DNA from: Monocercomonoides exilis PA203
Lineage: Eukaryota > Protista > Preaxostyla
Assembly: GCA_001643675.2 (NCBI GenBank)
Contig: LSRY02000022.1
Span: 496,001 to 560,000 of the forward strand
Direction: 5' to 3'
Length of the DNA stretch: 64,000 nucleotides
In this document: positions 39,201-51,229 of the stretch, piece by piece
Numbering within the stretch: the stretch's first letter is position 1
Layout: each line of letters opens with the position of its first letter
Notes under the pieces: model-generated
Database searches by the model: none
What the model saw: the letters and a program-made list of their open reading frames with translations, nothing else
What the model was told of the DNA's origin: nothing
Made by a program: the position numbers and the translations under genes

Positions 39201-40329
39201 TTAATAAAACGAAAAGAGAGACAGGTTTGCTCCTCGATAATGAGTTTTTAAATCCCTAACTTTTTCTTTTCTTCTGATCTTAAACCCTCCTGCCCTGCAC
39301 AATATCGTGCGGCGGATATTTGGAGAACCTGCTGATGAAGGTGCTGCTGTCTCTGCTCCCTCTCTTTCTTGGGATGCTTTCGGAGTGTCCTTGATTGGGT
39401 GTTAGCTGTTTCTGCAGTCCAGACAATTTGTCCTATGCTTCTCACTCCGTGTTTCCTCCTATCAGTTTCAAGCTTTTTCTGCAAGGCAGTCTGTCTGCCC
39501 CCCTTCAGTTACAACATACTGCGGGGAATTATGGGGGGGGGGGGGGGTGTCTCATCACCTTTGGGAAGTTGTGCAATTTTGTTCTCATGCTGTGAACTCT
39601 TCTCTGGAATTGGCCCTCGTCTCTTCGATTTCTTCCTTTTGCTCATATCCACTTCTCCCCCAGCCTGTGATGTCTCTTCCGTGTATTCCTTTGTTCCTGA
39701 TTCTCCATTCTCATTTCAAATATCCATTCTTTCGCTATCCTTCTCAGACTTGTCTCCCTCTCCTGCAAGGGGTACTTAGCCGCCGAGTGCGTCCAGGTTC
39801 CATTTTGGGCAACTTCCAAGAATATGGACCTTCGATAAAAAATATTTCTTTCATAGCACACGAAAGAAAATGCTTCAATAATTTTTTTAAAATTTGCTTT
39901 TTCTGTCGAAAATGCTTTATTGTAAACTTTCTATTTCAAATTTTGATCTATCCCATAAATATTTTCTAACTTTCTTGATTTTGTTTTGTCTCATTTTTTA
40001 AAATTTGAAGCTTCATCTTCTCATTCTCACGTATAAAATCTTATAGGTTTATTATTATATGCTTTATGCTGTTTCACAAACTATCGCTTCATCAATTTTG
40101 AATGCAACTGTAAAGATTATATAATAACTTTGAGTTTTTAATCAAATTGACAAATTTCTAAGACAAAAATGAGTACATGAATTGCATAATATAAAAGCTT
40201 CCTTTTGAAAACTGATTTGACGAAATATCTGTGCAGTTGACCGGTAATTTTGAATTGAATGCATTGCAATATTTGACTTAAAAAATCCTGGAAAATAAAG
40301 TGTTCAAGTCACTGATGCTTCGTGTGCTT

Positions 40330-40897
40330 TCATGTTATATTCCGATTCTTCTGGATGAAAAAGAAAGGACTACTGTGTGATGATGATATAGGCACATTGA
40401 GGTGAATTTTTCTCAAAATTGGAAGTAAAAAATTTTTTGAAGTTTGCATCCGGTGACACAACAGTACAGTCTGAGAAAACCTCGATGAATGAATGGTCAA
40501 CTTTTGGTACAAATAAAGACTGATCAGATTACTTTGTTCCAAATACCATTGCAGATAGCTGCCGTCTTGATGCCTGTAAGCGGATGGCTGAGAACGAAAC
40601 ATTGCTCAAACACAAACAATGACTCTCAACACAAATAATGGTGTTTGCCAAATGTGCCGGCTCTTTTTACGTGATTGCGCAGTTACTCAGCATCATATTT
40701 CCGCTTCTCACTCCAAAGACAGAGCGATGAGGGGAAGAGAAGCTGGGTCCAAAGACGATGTTTATCTTCAAAAACTGGCCTTCCAGTGAAGAAACAACAA
40801 CATAATTCAATTTTTCATCCGATTTTGTGATTTTCGAGCAAATAAAACCTCAGTCTGTGTGTTTCCAACAGCCTGAACTGTCACAGAATGAATGTAT
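40330..40897 (-). pseudogene. 3' continuation of the surface-protein fragment interrupted by element B
   Basis: HSVTVQAVGNTQTEVLF continues VIISVEIYI from 44591 after removal of element B and one TSD; followed by FLKINIVFGPSFSSPHRSVFGVRSGNMMLSNC. Confidence 0.8.
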
Positions 40898-41342
40898 GGC
40901 ATAGGTCTATTATGTACCAGTTTGGAAAGGCTTTTTTAAATTTTTTTATTAACATATTATTAATTCTCATAATTATTGCAAGCAAACTGCTGATGGAAAA
41001 AGTCGAAATTCTTACATCAAAAAATTGATATTTTTTCTATTTTTTCTCAACCCATAATATTTTCCTATTGATCGCAAAGAATTAAAAATTCAATTTTTGA
41101 CTTTGTAATGCTCAAAGCAACTGTTCAATGCAATAATTAGAGAAGAAATAATATTATCGCTGTTTTCTCAAGTAAATTATTACAAGTATTATTTTTCATT
41201 TGACAATTTTCAGCTGATTCAATGTTTGAAATTTATTCTTGTGCATACACAATTATAGTTGTACTTTGGACAATATCGAAAACAACACTTTTCAAAGGTA
41301 ATTCTATTGTTGATTTCAAATAATATTCTTTTATAATGATAT

Positions 41343-42362
41343 TCAAATTGTGATTATTTTCATCTTGTAATTAATTCCACGTTGAACAGCTGATACGATG
41401 AAAGATCGACTTAACGCTGTTTTTGAAAGAAAGGATTTTAATAGGATGGGAGAGAGCAAGCAGCGAAAAAGATAATTTGGGAGAGGATGTGAAGAGGCTG
41501 GATGAGAAGAATTAATAGAAATGAAATGCGAGAGGAAAGAATGGACGAGATAAAGCAGAAAAATTCTTGGTGATAAGGAAGAAAAAGGTGTGAACTGAAC
41601 GAAATAAACCACAAAGGCCATTATTAAGAGTTGGATGGTAAAGAAGTTTATCATCTGTTTGATTTGATATTCCATGAGCTGGTGCAAAAGAATTGTCGAA
41701 CAGATGGAAGTGACAATGAAGAACCAATGTGTAAAGATAAATTGGTCCAGAATGCTTGATCTTTGTTTTGATATTGCACATTGATGGAAAGCTGTGTGAG
41801 GAGGAAGAAGAAATAGAATTGTGAAGTGAAGAAGTTGCGATGAGTGAATAAAAAGGAGCTGTTGCAGGTTCGTGTGTGTGATGGCTCCATTCATGGCAAG
41901 ATTGTTGAAAATGACGATGGAGGTGATCGACGCTGTGTGTGTTTTGGAGCTGAAATGCCGGAAATAGATAATAGAAGATAAGAGAGAAAAGATTGAAGGA
42001 TAAATTGTTGGCTGTTGGAAGCAAAGCTGAGGCCAGGATGAGCCCTTTCGAAGCAAGTTGAAAAGTTGAGAAAATATTGGATAAATATTCTCCCCATGAA
42101 GTGGTGGTGGATGAAGAGTAGACGCACCAGGAAACATAGGCTGGAGGACTTGGCTTTTGAGAATTTGAGGAAATGTGATAGAGACGGAGAAAGAGAATTT
42201 TGAAACAACAGAGTTTAATTGAACGAGAAGAGAAGGAAGAAGAGAAGAATGAAAGAAAAAGGCTAAGACAAAGAGGCATTTGATATATGGAATACAGAAA
42301 AGAGACGAGGAAATTTCATTGGTTTGTGAAAACTTCTGAGTCATTGATTTCATAATATCCAA
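41343..42362 (-). CDS. Hypothetical 339-aa hydrophobic ORF carried inside element B
   Basis: Long stop-free frame, S/L/F/I/Q-rich; no domain recognised; could be a captured fragment. Confidence 0.4.
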   Translation of the reverse strand: MDIMKSMTQKFSQTNEISSSLFCIPYIKCLFVLAFFFHSSLLPSLLVQLNSVVSKFSFSVSITFPQILKSQVLQPMFPGASTLHPPPLHGENIYPIFSQLFNLLRKGSSWPQLCFQQPTIYPSIFSLLSSIIYFRHFSSKTHTASITSIVIFNNLAMNGAITHTNLQQLLFIHSSQLLHFTILFLLPPHTAFHQCAISKQRSSILDQFIFTHWFFIVTSICSTILLHQLMEYQIKQMINFFTIQLLIMAFVVYFVQFTPFSSLSPRIFLLYLVHSFLSHFISINSSHPASSHPLPNYLFRCLLSPILLKSFLSKTALSRSFIVSAVQRGINYKMKIITI

Positions 42363-43346
42363 ATTCTGTCATCTTGATTTTTTTGTATTTTAATAACTTT
42401 GTTGTTAACTTTTTTCAAATCTTCAATAACAATTCATAAATGCATTTTCTTTTATTCTTTGACCATTTTGTCTTATTTTTATCCAGGTTTCAGTGTGGCA
42501 TCTAAAGACAAAACGAAAAACACATGAGAAACAGCGTGCGAAAATCCCTTTTTAAACTGCATTAACAGATAAACGCTTTTTCAAAGGTTCTGAGTTGAAT
42601 ATTGGAGAATCACCTCATATAGAAAACTTTAAATCCAACATTTCACCATTTTTGAAGAAATTTTTTATTAAAGAGAAACAAAAAAGTTCAATGAATGTAT
42701 TTGTTTTTAAAAAAATTATTTGTTAAAAGACGAAGTGTCTTGAAAAAATTGTTTTCACATGGAGGAAAAATGGCACGCAGCTCTTTCTGAAGTGTGAAAT
42801 TCGATTTTTGAGGTGGAACAGCTGATGAACTGCTGAGTTTTTAAGGAAATCTGGCTGTGCCCGTAAGTGAATAATATTTGTTATTCATCCTTCAACATTC
42901 TACGCCTTCAAAATGCTGTAGCTGGATGTGCGAGTGTGTTTGTGGGTTGCTCTATTTCTTTTCTTTTTTCAATCTTTTTACTGCTGATGTGATAGAGGTA
43001 TGCCATTTTGTTTGTCTCTCGATAAAGCCGTTGAAGTCACACATTCTGTGGCGTTTATGTCGCAATTTGTTTCTCAGCAGGGCTCAGTTGATGATGTTTT
43101 GCAACAGAAGAATTTTCTCCAAGATCCCAGTGCTTGGGTGAACTCAAACATCAGAGAAGGCGATGAGAGCGATGAAAACGGAGATTGGGAGAGGTGCAGC
43201 GTGGAGACGAGGGGATGCGGCAGATTTTTTTTTTTTTGACTCAACGGCAGTTATTGGCTGTTGTGGCAATGCCAACACAAACACGAATGATTTTATTGGA
43301 TTACCTTCTTCAGACCTGGGATTTGCCGTTATTCCAGCCAGCATAA

Positions 43347-44060
43347 TTATTTCGACTCCAACTGCCCACTCGTCACACTGAACAGTGTTGGTGAAGTCGG
43401 AGAATGCAAATTCCTTCCAATCACACTCACTGTCTTCCCTCTCCCAACAACAGAAATCTTCTTTTCCCCAACACTGATTGTTGTCCCTTCGCTCACATGC
43501 CTCCCACTCAGCAACGTGATTGTCGAGGTCAGCTGCGCCATGCTCGACCCCACCGCATGCCCCACGGTCTTGCACGGTGCTGCCTCACTCATCCCACACA
43601 GATTGTTTGCGTCATTCCCACTCACCCCAACATATCGATCCTTCATCCCTTCCTTCAGCCAATCCTTCTTTTCTGTATGCTGAAAATACCAATTATTTGA
43701 TGATACATATGCATAACACAATCTACTTTCATTTGTATTCGTTGTATACGATTCACAGAATGGGTTATTCGATGAGAAGAGATTGTAATAATCGTGATAA
43801 ATTACATCGTGTCCATATGGAATAAGATCAGTACAACTGCAATCGTGGAAGAAGAAGAAATAGCAATAAAGGTTGTTGCTTGGGGCTGTTTGTTGGTTTG
43901 GATTGAAACACAATTCTCCGCCATATGACACTGCCGAGCACGAAATGAACTGGTGGCTCCTCATTTTGAATGCAGCTGGAACATTTTGGCAAAACATCCC
44001 TCCTCTGCCAGTGCTCGAATGTGTGCATGAAGTGAAGAAGCACTCAAACGCGTGAGATCT
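43347..44060 (-). pseudogene. Captured internal fragment of a large surface-protein family gene (cargo of element B)
   Basis: KKDWLKEGMKDRYVGVSGNDANNLCGMSEAAPCKTVGHAV motif; lacks signal peptide and transmembrane segment; truncated at both ends. Confidence 0.8.
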
Positions 44061-44590
44061 TCCTCTACATTAACCGTCTTTTCTTATTCAGTCAAATCAA
44101 AAAAAAAAATAAATAAATAAATAAAAAATAAAAGACAGTTTGATAAAATATTCATCAACTATTTTAAACATACACACACCACCTTTCAATACATTTTAGT
44201 GCTATATATTATAACTAACGCGATTTCAATTTATATTCTTGAGAAAATGATAAATACATTGGTAAAGTTATTTCGTGAAAAGAGCAACGTACGAATGGTG
44301 TTATAACAATATTAGGAAACATAAGATAAACAAAAACAATTTTGATAAAAATCACACTTATGAAATTAATGAAAAAACTTCACAAAGTCAAAAATTGAAT
44401 TTTTAATTCTTTGCGATCAATAGGAAAATATTATGGGTTGAGAAAAAATAGAAAAAATATCAATTTTTTGATGTGAGAATTTCGACTTTTTCCATCAGCA
44501 GTTTGCTTGCAATAATTATGAGAATTAATAATATGTTAATAAAAAAATTTAAAAAAGCCTTTCCAAACTGGTACAAAATAGACCTATGCC

Positions 44591-46740
44591 GAATATATAT
44601 TTCAACTGAAATAATAACTTTTCCCATTACAAACACTTTTTGATACGATCCTTCGTTCAGATGCCGCACAGCCTCGCTCAGCTTCTCACACGGGTCTTCC
44701 TTTCGCCCACAGTCCTTCTCGATCTTCCTGTTCTCTCCTGACACAAATATCCGCTCTGACTTGTAGAACACAATAAATGGCACCAAATCAATTGGCCCCT
44801 CGTTTTCTTTGTCCATCCCGAAGATCGCATGATCTCTGTCAAAGGCCAACTCGCTGAAGTCCATCTAAAACAGCACCTCGTTTATCTGATCAGCAGACGA
44901 TCGGCAGACAATGAAAAGATCCTTCGACACACTTGCTCTGTTCAAAGAAAACCGAATCAGCCGAAATTTGATTGGCAGCGCCTTCGCTTTCTCCGCAGAC
45001 TGTGCATCTGAATCTTCTGGATCGTCCAGGTAGCTCAATGCAATTGCGCCTCCTTTCCCTTCACTCGTTGAGCATGCACATGTCACAAAAGACGACAGAT
45101 TCGCCAGCACACTTCCTTCATTTGCCCAGCTGTCAGCCAGCCCACCCGCCTTCTACTTCATCCACACACAAAACGCCCCTCCCAACTGACACTCGCTGTT
45201 GCAGTCGCTGAATGTCGAGTTGTCCATCGCCAGCTCCACAGACAGCGCGCTCTCATAAGAAATGATCGATGCCTTCACATTTGTGCTGCGGATGAGATGC
45301 CACTGAAGATTCTCCAGTCTGATTTCGCTCGCTTCTTTTCCAGCTTTCGTTTCTTTGCCATTCCCTGATAAGACTGATTCCTCATCCCTCTTCTCTTCCG
45401 CATCGCCCACAGAAATAAACGATCCATCTGCAAAATTCAGAATATCAACAGAAAACGCACTTGCCACAAAATGTGCAGCGGGTGCTGCAAGTCGGATGGC
45501 TGATGTCACAAAGGAGAGCTCGGCCATTTTGGAATCTTCAATCGAAAGTGTTCCAGACGAAACATGGAAAAGCACAAAGGCAATGCCTTCTTCTGCAGTC
45601 TGCATCGCAAAGGAGTATTTGAAAAGTGTGGCTGTTCCTGCCTCAGTGAAAAGAAGTTCCTTTTGTTGCGTTTCGAAAAACGAAGGCAGGCAGAAGTTGA
45701 TGGAGGTGAAGGTGAGCAAAAGTTTGTTTGTGAGCACAGCCTCAGAAGGCTCAGAAAGAGATTGAATAGCTTTTCCAACAATGATTGTGCATTCATATGA
45801 GGAAGGCTCATCAGAAGAGGAAGAGGAAGAAGAAGAATAGCCAGGAGAAGAAGGAACAGCTGGACTTATTGAGCTGTTTGAAAGGGCGCATTCGTCTGAA
45901 ATGGCAGCACTTGTGTTGATTTTGATTTCTCTGAACTGAATTCCTTCTCTGAAATGCCCTCATCCCTTCCCAAAACGTCAGACAAGGCTCCTTTTCTGAT
46001 ACGCACCTGCGTATATCTCTTCCCCTCGATGACACAATAATAGAATTGTCAATGTGCTCAAACAGCAGCTTGTCCAGAGATATGCCTTCTGTAAAGTTCA
46101 CTTCATCTGCCCTAAAGAAAGCTGTTGTGTTTTTCCATTCAGTCCAACCAAACATCAACCTTCCAATGACAACTGAAAAAATCAAATCGGAGCTCAATAT
46201 GAACAAGTTTCTGAAAACAAATGCTTCTTTTTCGAAAAAAGACAAAATCAGTTAAAGAAAAACCATAGATTAAATAATAACATCTCAGATTCAAAATCCA
46301 TCCTCTTCCTTTAAAAGTTGAACAAACGCAAACAATTCAAAATTCACTGACTTCCTCAGATCATTCGCCACAACAAACATATCTCTTCACTGTTGAACTA
46401 TCTCTCCTCCAAGACTTATCTCCGAAAATGGATATCTGTCATTGTTGTCTGTTGAACATGTCGAATAGATTCCTACACCACATCCTTCAGAACTGCTTCA
46501 GATGCTGTTCGCTGCTCCTTCATTCCTCATCTACAGCTGTCCATCTTCTGCTTTCTTCTCAAAAGATATCGCTCCTCCCTTTTTACATCCCTCTGTGTCA
46601 AGTTTTTGTAAGGCGCATCCAACAACATCGATTTCGAAGCTGTTCCAAAAAGGAAATATCATTAAGCATGGATTTGATGCTCAGCTGATAAAGCTGCAGA
46701 ATGAAGAGGCGTTCAGTAGATGAACTGCTGTTAACGAATC
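44591..46740 (-). pseudogene. Frameshifted internal fragment of a beta-helix-like surface-protein gene (cargo of element A)
   Basis: Consecutive ORFs 45811-46245, 45153-45737, 44865-45110, 44460-44864 with FSDC..GGA, C.ST.GKGGAI and CG..EDPC motifs. Confidence 0.8.
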
Positions 46741-47335
46741 TCTTTTTTTAAATATTTTTACCGGTATTCGCTATTAAAATAATAAACTGGTCATTCAAAA
46801 ATTAAATAGATGTAATTTTGTGAAAGATTTTGGTCTCAAAATAAAACTGAGCTTCGATATCATCTAAGAATACAATGTTAATATTGATGTTACCTTTTTC
46901 ATTTCAATCAAATATTGAATTCTCAAAAAACTGTGCGCTTTTTGTTATTGCAATTTTTTGAAGTTTTTGAAGTTTGTGCATTCCTTTGTGCTCGAAATTC
47001 CCCGTGCGAAAGAAAAAACTCGATTGTGCAACTTTCTTTCGAAAACATATTGCAATATGTGAAAAAGTTACATATTTGTATTTCTCAAAATATTGCAACG
47101 ACAAAAATTATCATGTGAAAATCAAAAATGTGCAGGTTTAAAAAAAAATCAAAGAATAAAAAAACAAAGTAAGTTAGAAAATATTAATGGGATAGATCAA
47201 AATTTGAAATAGAAAGTTTACAATAAAGCATTTTCGACAGAAAAAGCAAATTTTAAATAAATAATTGTAGCATTTTCTTTCGTGTACTATGAAAGAAATA
47301 TTTTTTATCGATGGTCCATATTCTTGGAACTTGTT

Positions 47336-48230
47336 CCATTTTGTATCTTGAACCAGTAACACGATGTAATACTCCTGGGCTACTCTCGAACCTGGCGCAC
47401 ATCTCGCGTACGCATTGATTGCCTTCCAAACTGCACCTTGTTGTCTTGCTCAATGTGTTATCACTGAATGTTTAATCGAGAACGCGGAAAATGTATCGGG
47501 TATTCCGTTTTCTCTCAGAATAGCTGTTAACTCTTCCTTAATTTTCTGCAAGTTAGCAGGTCTCCTCCCCTCTATGTCCAACCACACATGCTCATCCTCA
47601 AAAGTCGTCTTTGTGTAATCCATCCAGCGTTGGAGCGCTTCAACTGCTTCGACACGTGGGTTTGGATGTTTATTTATGATAATCTTAACCCTCTCTCCCC
47701 ATGATGTTTTTGTTTGCACTTGTGTGAGTATTGTATTCTGCTTGACTATCGTTGTCTCCTCATTCTTTCCAGTTCTGCAGGCCTTAAGGTTCCAAAAATC
47801 ATGGTGAGGATGAGGGCTCTCCTCTGGAGTGTTCATATATCTTTTGCGTCGTAGGTGCTTTCAGCCCATTTCATGATGATTGTTAAGTCCCACATTGATT
47901 TGTATCGCTTGCCCCTTCTCGGCTTCTCCCCAACATAGGTTTTTAGAAATATATCTGTATCTTTCATTTCACTCGCCTGATGAATCACTTTACTAGACAG
48001 GTTAGTATTTTAAAGAGATTCAGTGAACACTGCCATCATCCATTAGGCATCTTTGTTTATGAGGGGGTCAGTGTCGTCCATACTCTCTCTATCAAGGTAT
48101 TGTTTGAACCCTCCCAGCGATCTCCACGTGTCTCTTTCGCTCTATTGATTTCTAAGTATTGCTGCTGCTATGTCCTTTGCTCCAACGTCTTCTCCCCATG
48201 TTTTAAAAAAAGTTCCCTTCATGATATATT
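47336..48230 (-). pseudogene. DIRS tyrosine recombinase (frameshifted)
   Basis: HPNPRVEAVEALQRWM, FSAFSIKHSVITH, AINAYARCAPGSRVAQEYY (YR C-terminal catalytic box with terminal Tyr). Confidence 0.8.
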
Positions 48231-48234
48231 CTCT

Positions 48235-49652
48235 TCTTCAGTGTGAAGCTTGTAACATCTCCTGGCGGTAATTTCCAGCCTTCCCTTCTCATCCTGGCTC
48301 CTGGTATCATGCACTCCTGAAATGTCCCCAGTGTCTTTGTTGAATGCCCAAACTGCAGCAGGGGGGATCAGGTCTGCCCCTGCCAGGCTGGCAGAATCAG
48401 AATCGTCAGATCCTTCTGAGGCTCGTTCATTCTCTCTTTCAACACCCGTCCAATATTTCTCAAGAACGGATGGACTAGCACTATCTCGTTTCCTTGCATT
48501 TCTCTCCCTCTCTTCCTTCTCAGAGAGGATAGTCTCCAAGTACTTCCGCAGGGCACCGGCGTAATCGGTTCTGAAATTATATCTAGTGTTCTCGGCGCGA
48601 CTGTTTGCAATATCTCTGCGACTTTCTCCCCCTTCAGTGCATAGTCCGGCTATTTCGCCATCCGGGAGAGTGCATCTGCTTCCGTGTTCTGTTCTCCCCG
48701 GAGATGTTCCGTCCGTATTGTGATGTCCAGGCTGTGCAATTTCTTCTCCGATGCTCTCAGTGTTGGAATGAGCGATAGTGCTCCACTTTTCTTGTGAATC
48801 GTCCACTTCGTGGACATGTTGTCTGTCTTCAGACAAATATGGTCTATCTTCTGTTGTTGCAGTCATGCTCCCTTTCTCTCTAGTGTTCTCAACGCTGCTC
48901 TGGATTCCTTCTCATTGATCGCTAATGCACTCTATTTGGGGGGTCCAACTTCCGTGGACATATTTCTTCTCCTCTTTGTTCTCCCTCGATATTGTTAATA
49001 CTGCACCCCATCCCAGCTCTGAGGCGTACGTCGTTAGTACCGCCGGTCTGTTCCTTCTCTTTAGACTCCTTGGTCTGTTTTCTTGTAGGATCTTTTTCCA
49101 CTTTCAGTTCTTCTTTATCACCATGAATGTCTGGTTGAACCACTTCACCTCCGACTCCTGTTTGGGCTTCACCACTCCTTCCTTCAATTCCTCCTCCATA
49201 AAAGATAAATAATTCCTCGTCATCTCTGTCGTCCCCCGAAACTCCTGTCTGTGTTTTCTCTCCTCGAGAAAGATTGGGGACTGAGGGCTTTTCCATCGAG
49301 CTCTTATACCACGGCTTACTAGTTTGTCTCCCCCAATCTTCTTCCACTCGCTCAGCCCGTTCACGAGTTTCCCAGCCAGTGGCTCCTTCGGTAGACCAGT
49401 CGCAATACTCTCCTTCACTCCTGGCGTCTTGTGGCCAGACTGCATCTGTGTATTCTTTTCTCCTTCGAGAGTATCTACTATAGCTGTCTTCGAGCTCACC
49501 TCCAGGGCGCTCCCAATTGGGTGCTCGATAACAATCCCAGAAGCTCTCCAGACTCCCTTCTCGTTCACCTTCCCGGAGCTCCGATCGTTCTTCTGTCTTG
49601 TCCTGCGAAGAAATACGCAGTCTCCTTCTGTGTTCTCTCTCCATGTTTCCAT
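48235..49652 (-). pseudogene. DIRS pol remnant: RT N-terminus, RNase H, Dam-like methyltransferase; RT core deleted
   Basis: PLAGKL..W..IG..EEELKEGVV..WFNQTFMVIKKN; TT(Y)ASELGWGA, INEKESRA, KTDNM, HLPGEQNTEADALSR; LVHPFLRNIGRVL..LILPAWQGQT. Confidence 0.85.
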
Positions 49653-49864
49653 CTCGTAGTCTCTCGAGATTTCTTGTTATATCATCTTCTCGCCATAGAA
49701 CAAGGTCATCGGATTTTTGATATTCTCGCAAACTCCCACAGGTTCCGTTCTTGTAACAATCTGCCGATTAAACGTGAATCCTTGTAGTATTGTCACTCCC
49801 TCGGAATTCGACAGCTTTCTGTCCATCTCTGTCTCGCGGCAAAGAACGGCTCTCTCTTCTCTCT

Positions 49865-50808
49865 CTACTCTCTCTCCCCTCTTCGTCGCCACTCCTGTGC
49901 CAAATTGGTTGTCCTGATTGTAAACTCTACAGCTGTTCCCCTTTGAGTTCTTGGGGGAGCTGGGGGTAATAATCCAGTGATAGGGACTGGCCTCACAGCG
50001 ATGGTTGGGGCAAGCTGTGCCTGAAACTGGGGAGTTCTCTTCTTTCCCCTGAAATCTGTGAAGCTCCTGTCGTACCACCTTCTCTGGAGCTGTCTGTATA
50101 CGAATCCCTGGGTGCTTCTTCCTAAACTGTATCTTCTCAGAGGTCCACTTCTGGCCATTGCAAGGCCGAACCCTGCCGAGGAGTCGTGAGATGCACAGCA
50201 TACTGTTGCATCTCCCTCTGCTCGAAAAAAGCCGGTGCTATCAACCAACTTTCTTAGATTCACTGGCACCTCCTTGGACATTCCACCTTCTAAAAAGCCT
50301 TTCGCGCTCTCCCAACCCGATTGGGGTATAACTTTCAGTAGGTTAATTCTGCTGATACAGTCGGAGATAAGCGCATAGGCGCAAAACAGTCCCCTAAGTC
50401 GCTCCTTCTCCTCTTCCATGATGTGAGTCTTTTTCAATTCCTTTAATGTGAAGGTCGCAATCGCTTTCGCTGCTTCGAAGCCCGATTCGAGAGCCGGTTG
50501 GAGGAGCTCGATTGCTCGACTCGCTTCCGGTGAGTCTCTTCTCCACTTTGTTGTGATGGCTATTCTGACCAGCGCATTCCAACTTGAGTCCGTGTGTCCC
50601 GTGAAAAATTCCTTAGTCGTTCCCTCTTCACTTTTCTCATTGGCAGCATCCCCGTAGCTCCGGACTGACTTGGCCATGCTTGGCTTCTGGTGATTTCTTC
50701 GATCATGTTTTCTACCCTTGAAAGCCTGTGAATAAGATCATATCCTCTGTCCTCGCCGTCGCTATTTGGCGCTCTAACAGTATCTTGAGTCATTCTTCCT
50801 GCGGACAA
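49865..50808 (-). pseudogene. DIRS gag-like ORF1 (frameshifted near 50677)
   Basis: 270-aa and 82-aa ORFs upstream of pol and just inside the terminal repeat; assigned by position. Confidence 0.6.
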
Positions 50809-50931
50809 TGGAATGCAAAGAAGTTAAATTGTAGGAGAAGTTTGATCTAAAACCACCCACACTTTAAAAATAATACTCATTATTGAGGAGCAAACCTGCT
50901 CCTTGCGTTTGTTGATTCGCTCTATTGCGAA

Positions 50932-51229
50932 TTATCATCTTCAATCTCCTGTTCAACAAAGATCTATCAAAATACGACATCACAAAATCATTCTTCATTT
51001 TGCATCTGCAAATGTGCTTCAACAACATCACTGCGCTTTCTTTTCGCATTTCGTGATCTCCAATCATTTTGCTCACAATGTTCAACGGAGCTATTTTCAA
51101 AACAAATTCCATTTCTTTTTCATTCATCTTGTCCAACAATCCATTCATTTCCCCTATTTTCCGTTTTTGCTCATCTTCTGTGAGATTTGAAAGCTCGAGG
51201 AGCAATTCTGCAATGAAATGTTTTTCCAT
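50932..51229 (-). pseudogene. 5' fragment of an expanded alpha-helical gene family, truncated at the DIRS end
   Basis: ELSNLTEDEQKRKIGEMNGLLDKMNEKE...ESAVMLLKHI is homologous to 57785-58138. Confidence 0.8.

Larger units (their letters stand above)
40898..44590. mobile_element. Pack-type TIR element B: 209-bp TIRs, 8-bp TSD GAAT(G/A)TAT, no transposase
   Basis: GGCATAGGTCTA... (40898-41106) vs ...TAGACCTATGCC (44382-44590), 2 mismatches seen; GAATGTAT at 40890-40897, GAATATAT at 44591-44598. Confidence 0.93.
39808..47335. mobile_element. Pack-type TIR element A (Merlin/MULE-like): ~165-bp TIRs, 8-bp TSD CCATTTTG, no transposase
   Basis: TIRs 39808-39972 and 47171-47335 (about 9 mismatches by eye); CCATTTTG at 39800-39807 and 47336-47343; excision rejoins the YR frame. 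Confidence 0.88.
39207..50910 (-). mobile_element. Degenerate DIRS1-like tyrosine-recombinase retrotransposon, interrupted at 39808-47335
   Basis: Inverted terminal repeats CAGGTTTGCTCCTC(G/A)ATAATGAGT at 39222-39245 and 50875-50898; gag-like ORF, RT N-terminus, RNase H, methyltransferase and YR motifs in canonical order; 3' tail at ~39250-39799. Confidence 0.85.

Noticed and set aside
39207-39972. Separate short non-autonomous DIRS derivative
   Set aside because: The CCATTTTG TSD shows that 39808-39972 is the TIR of element A and that 39207-39799 is the displaced DIRS tail.
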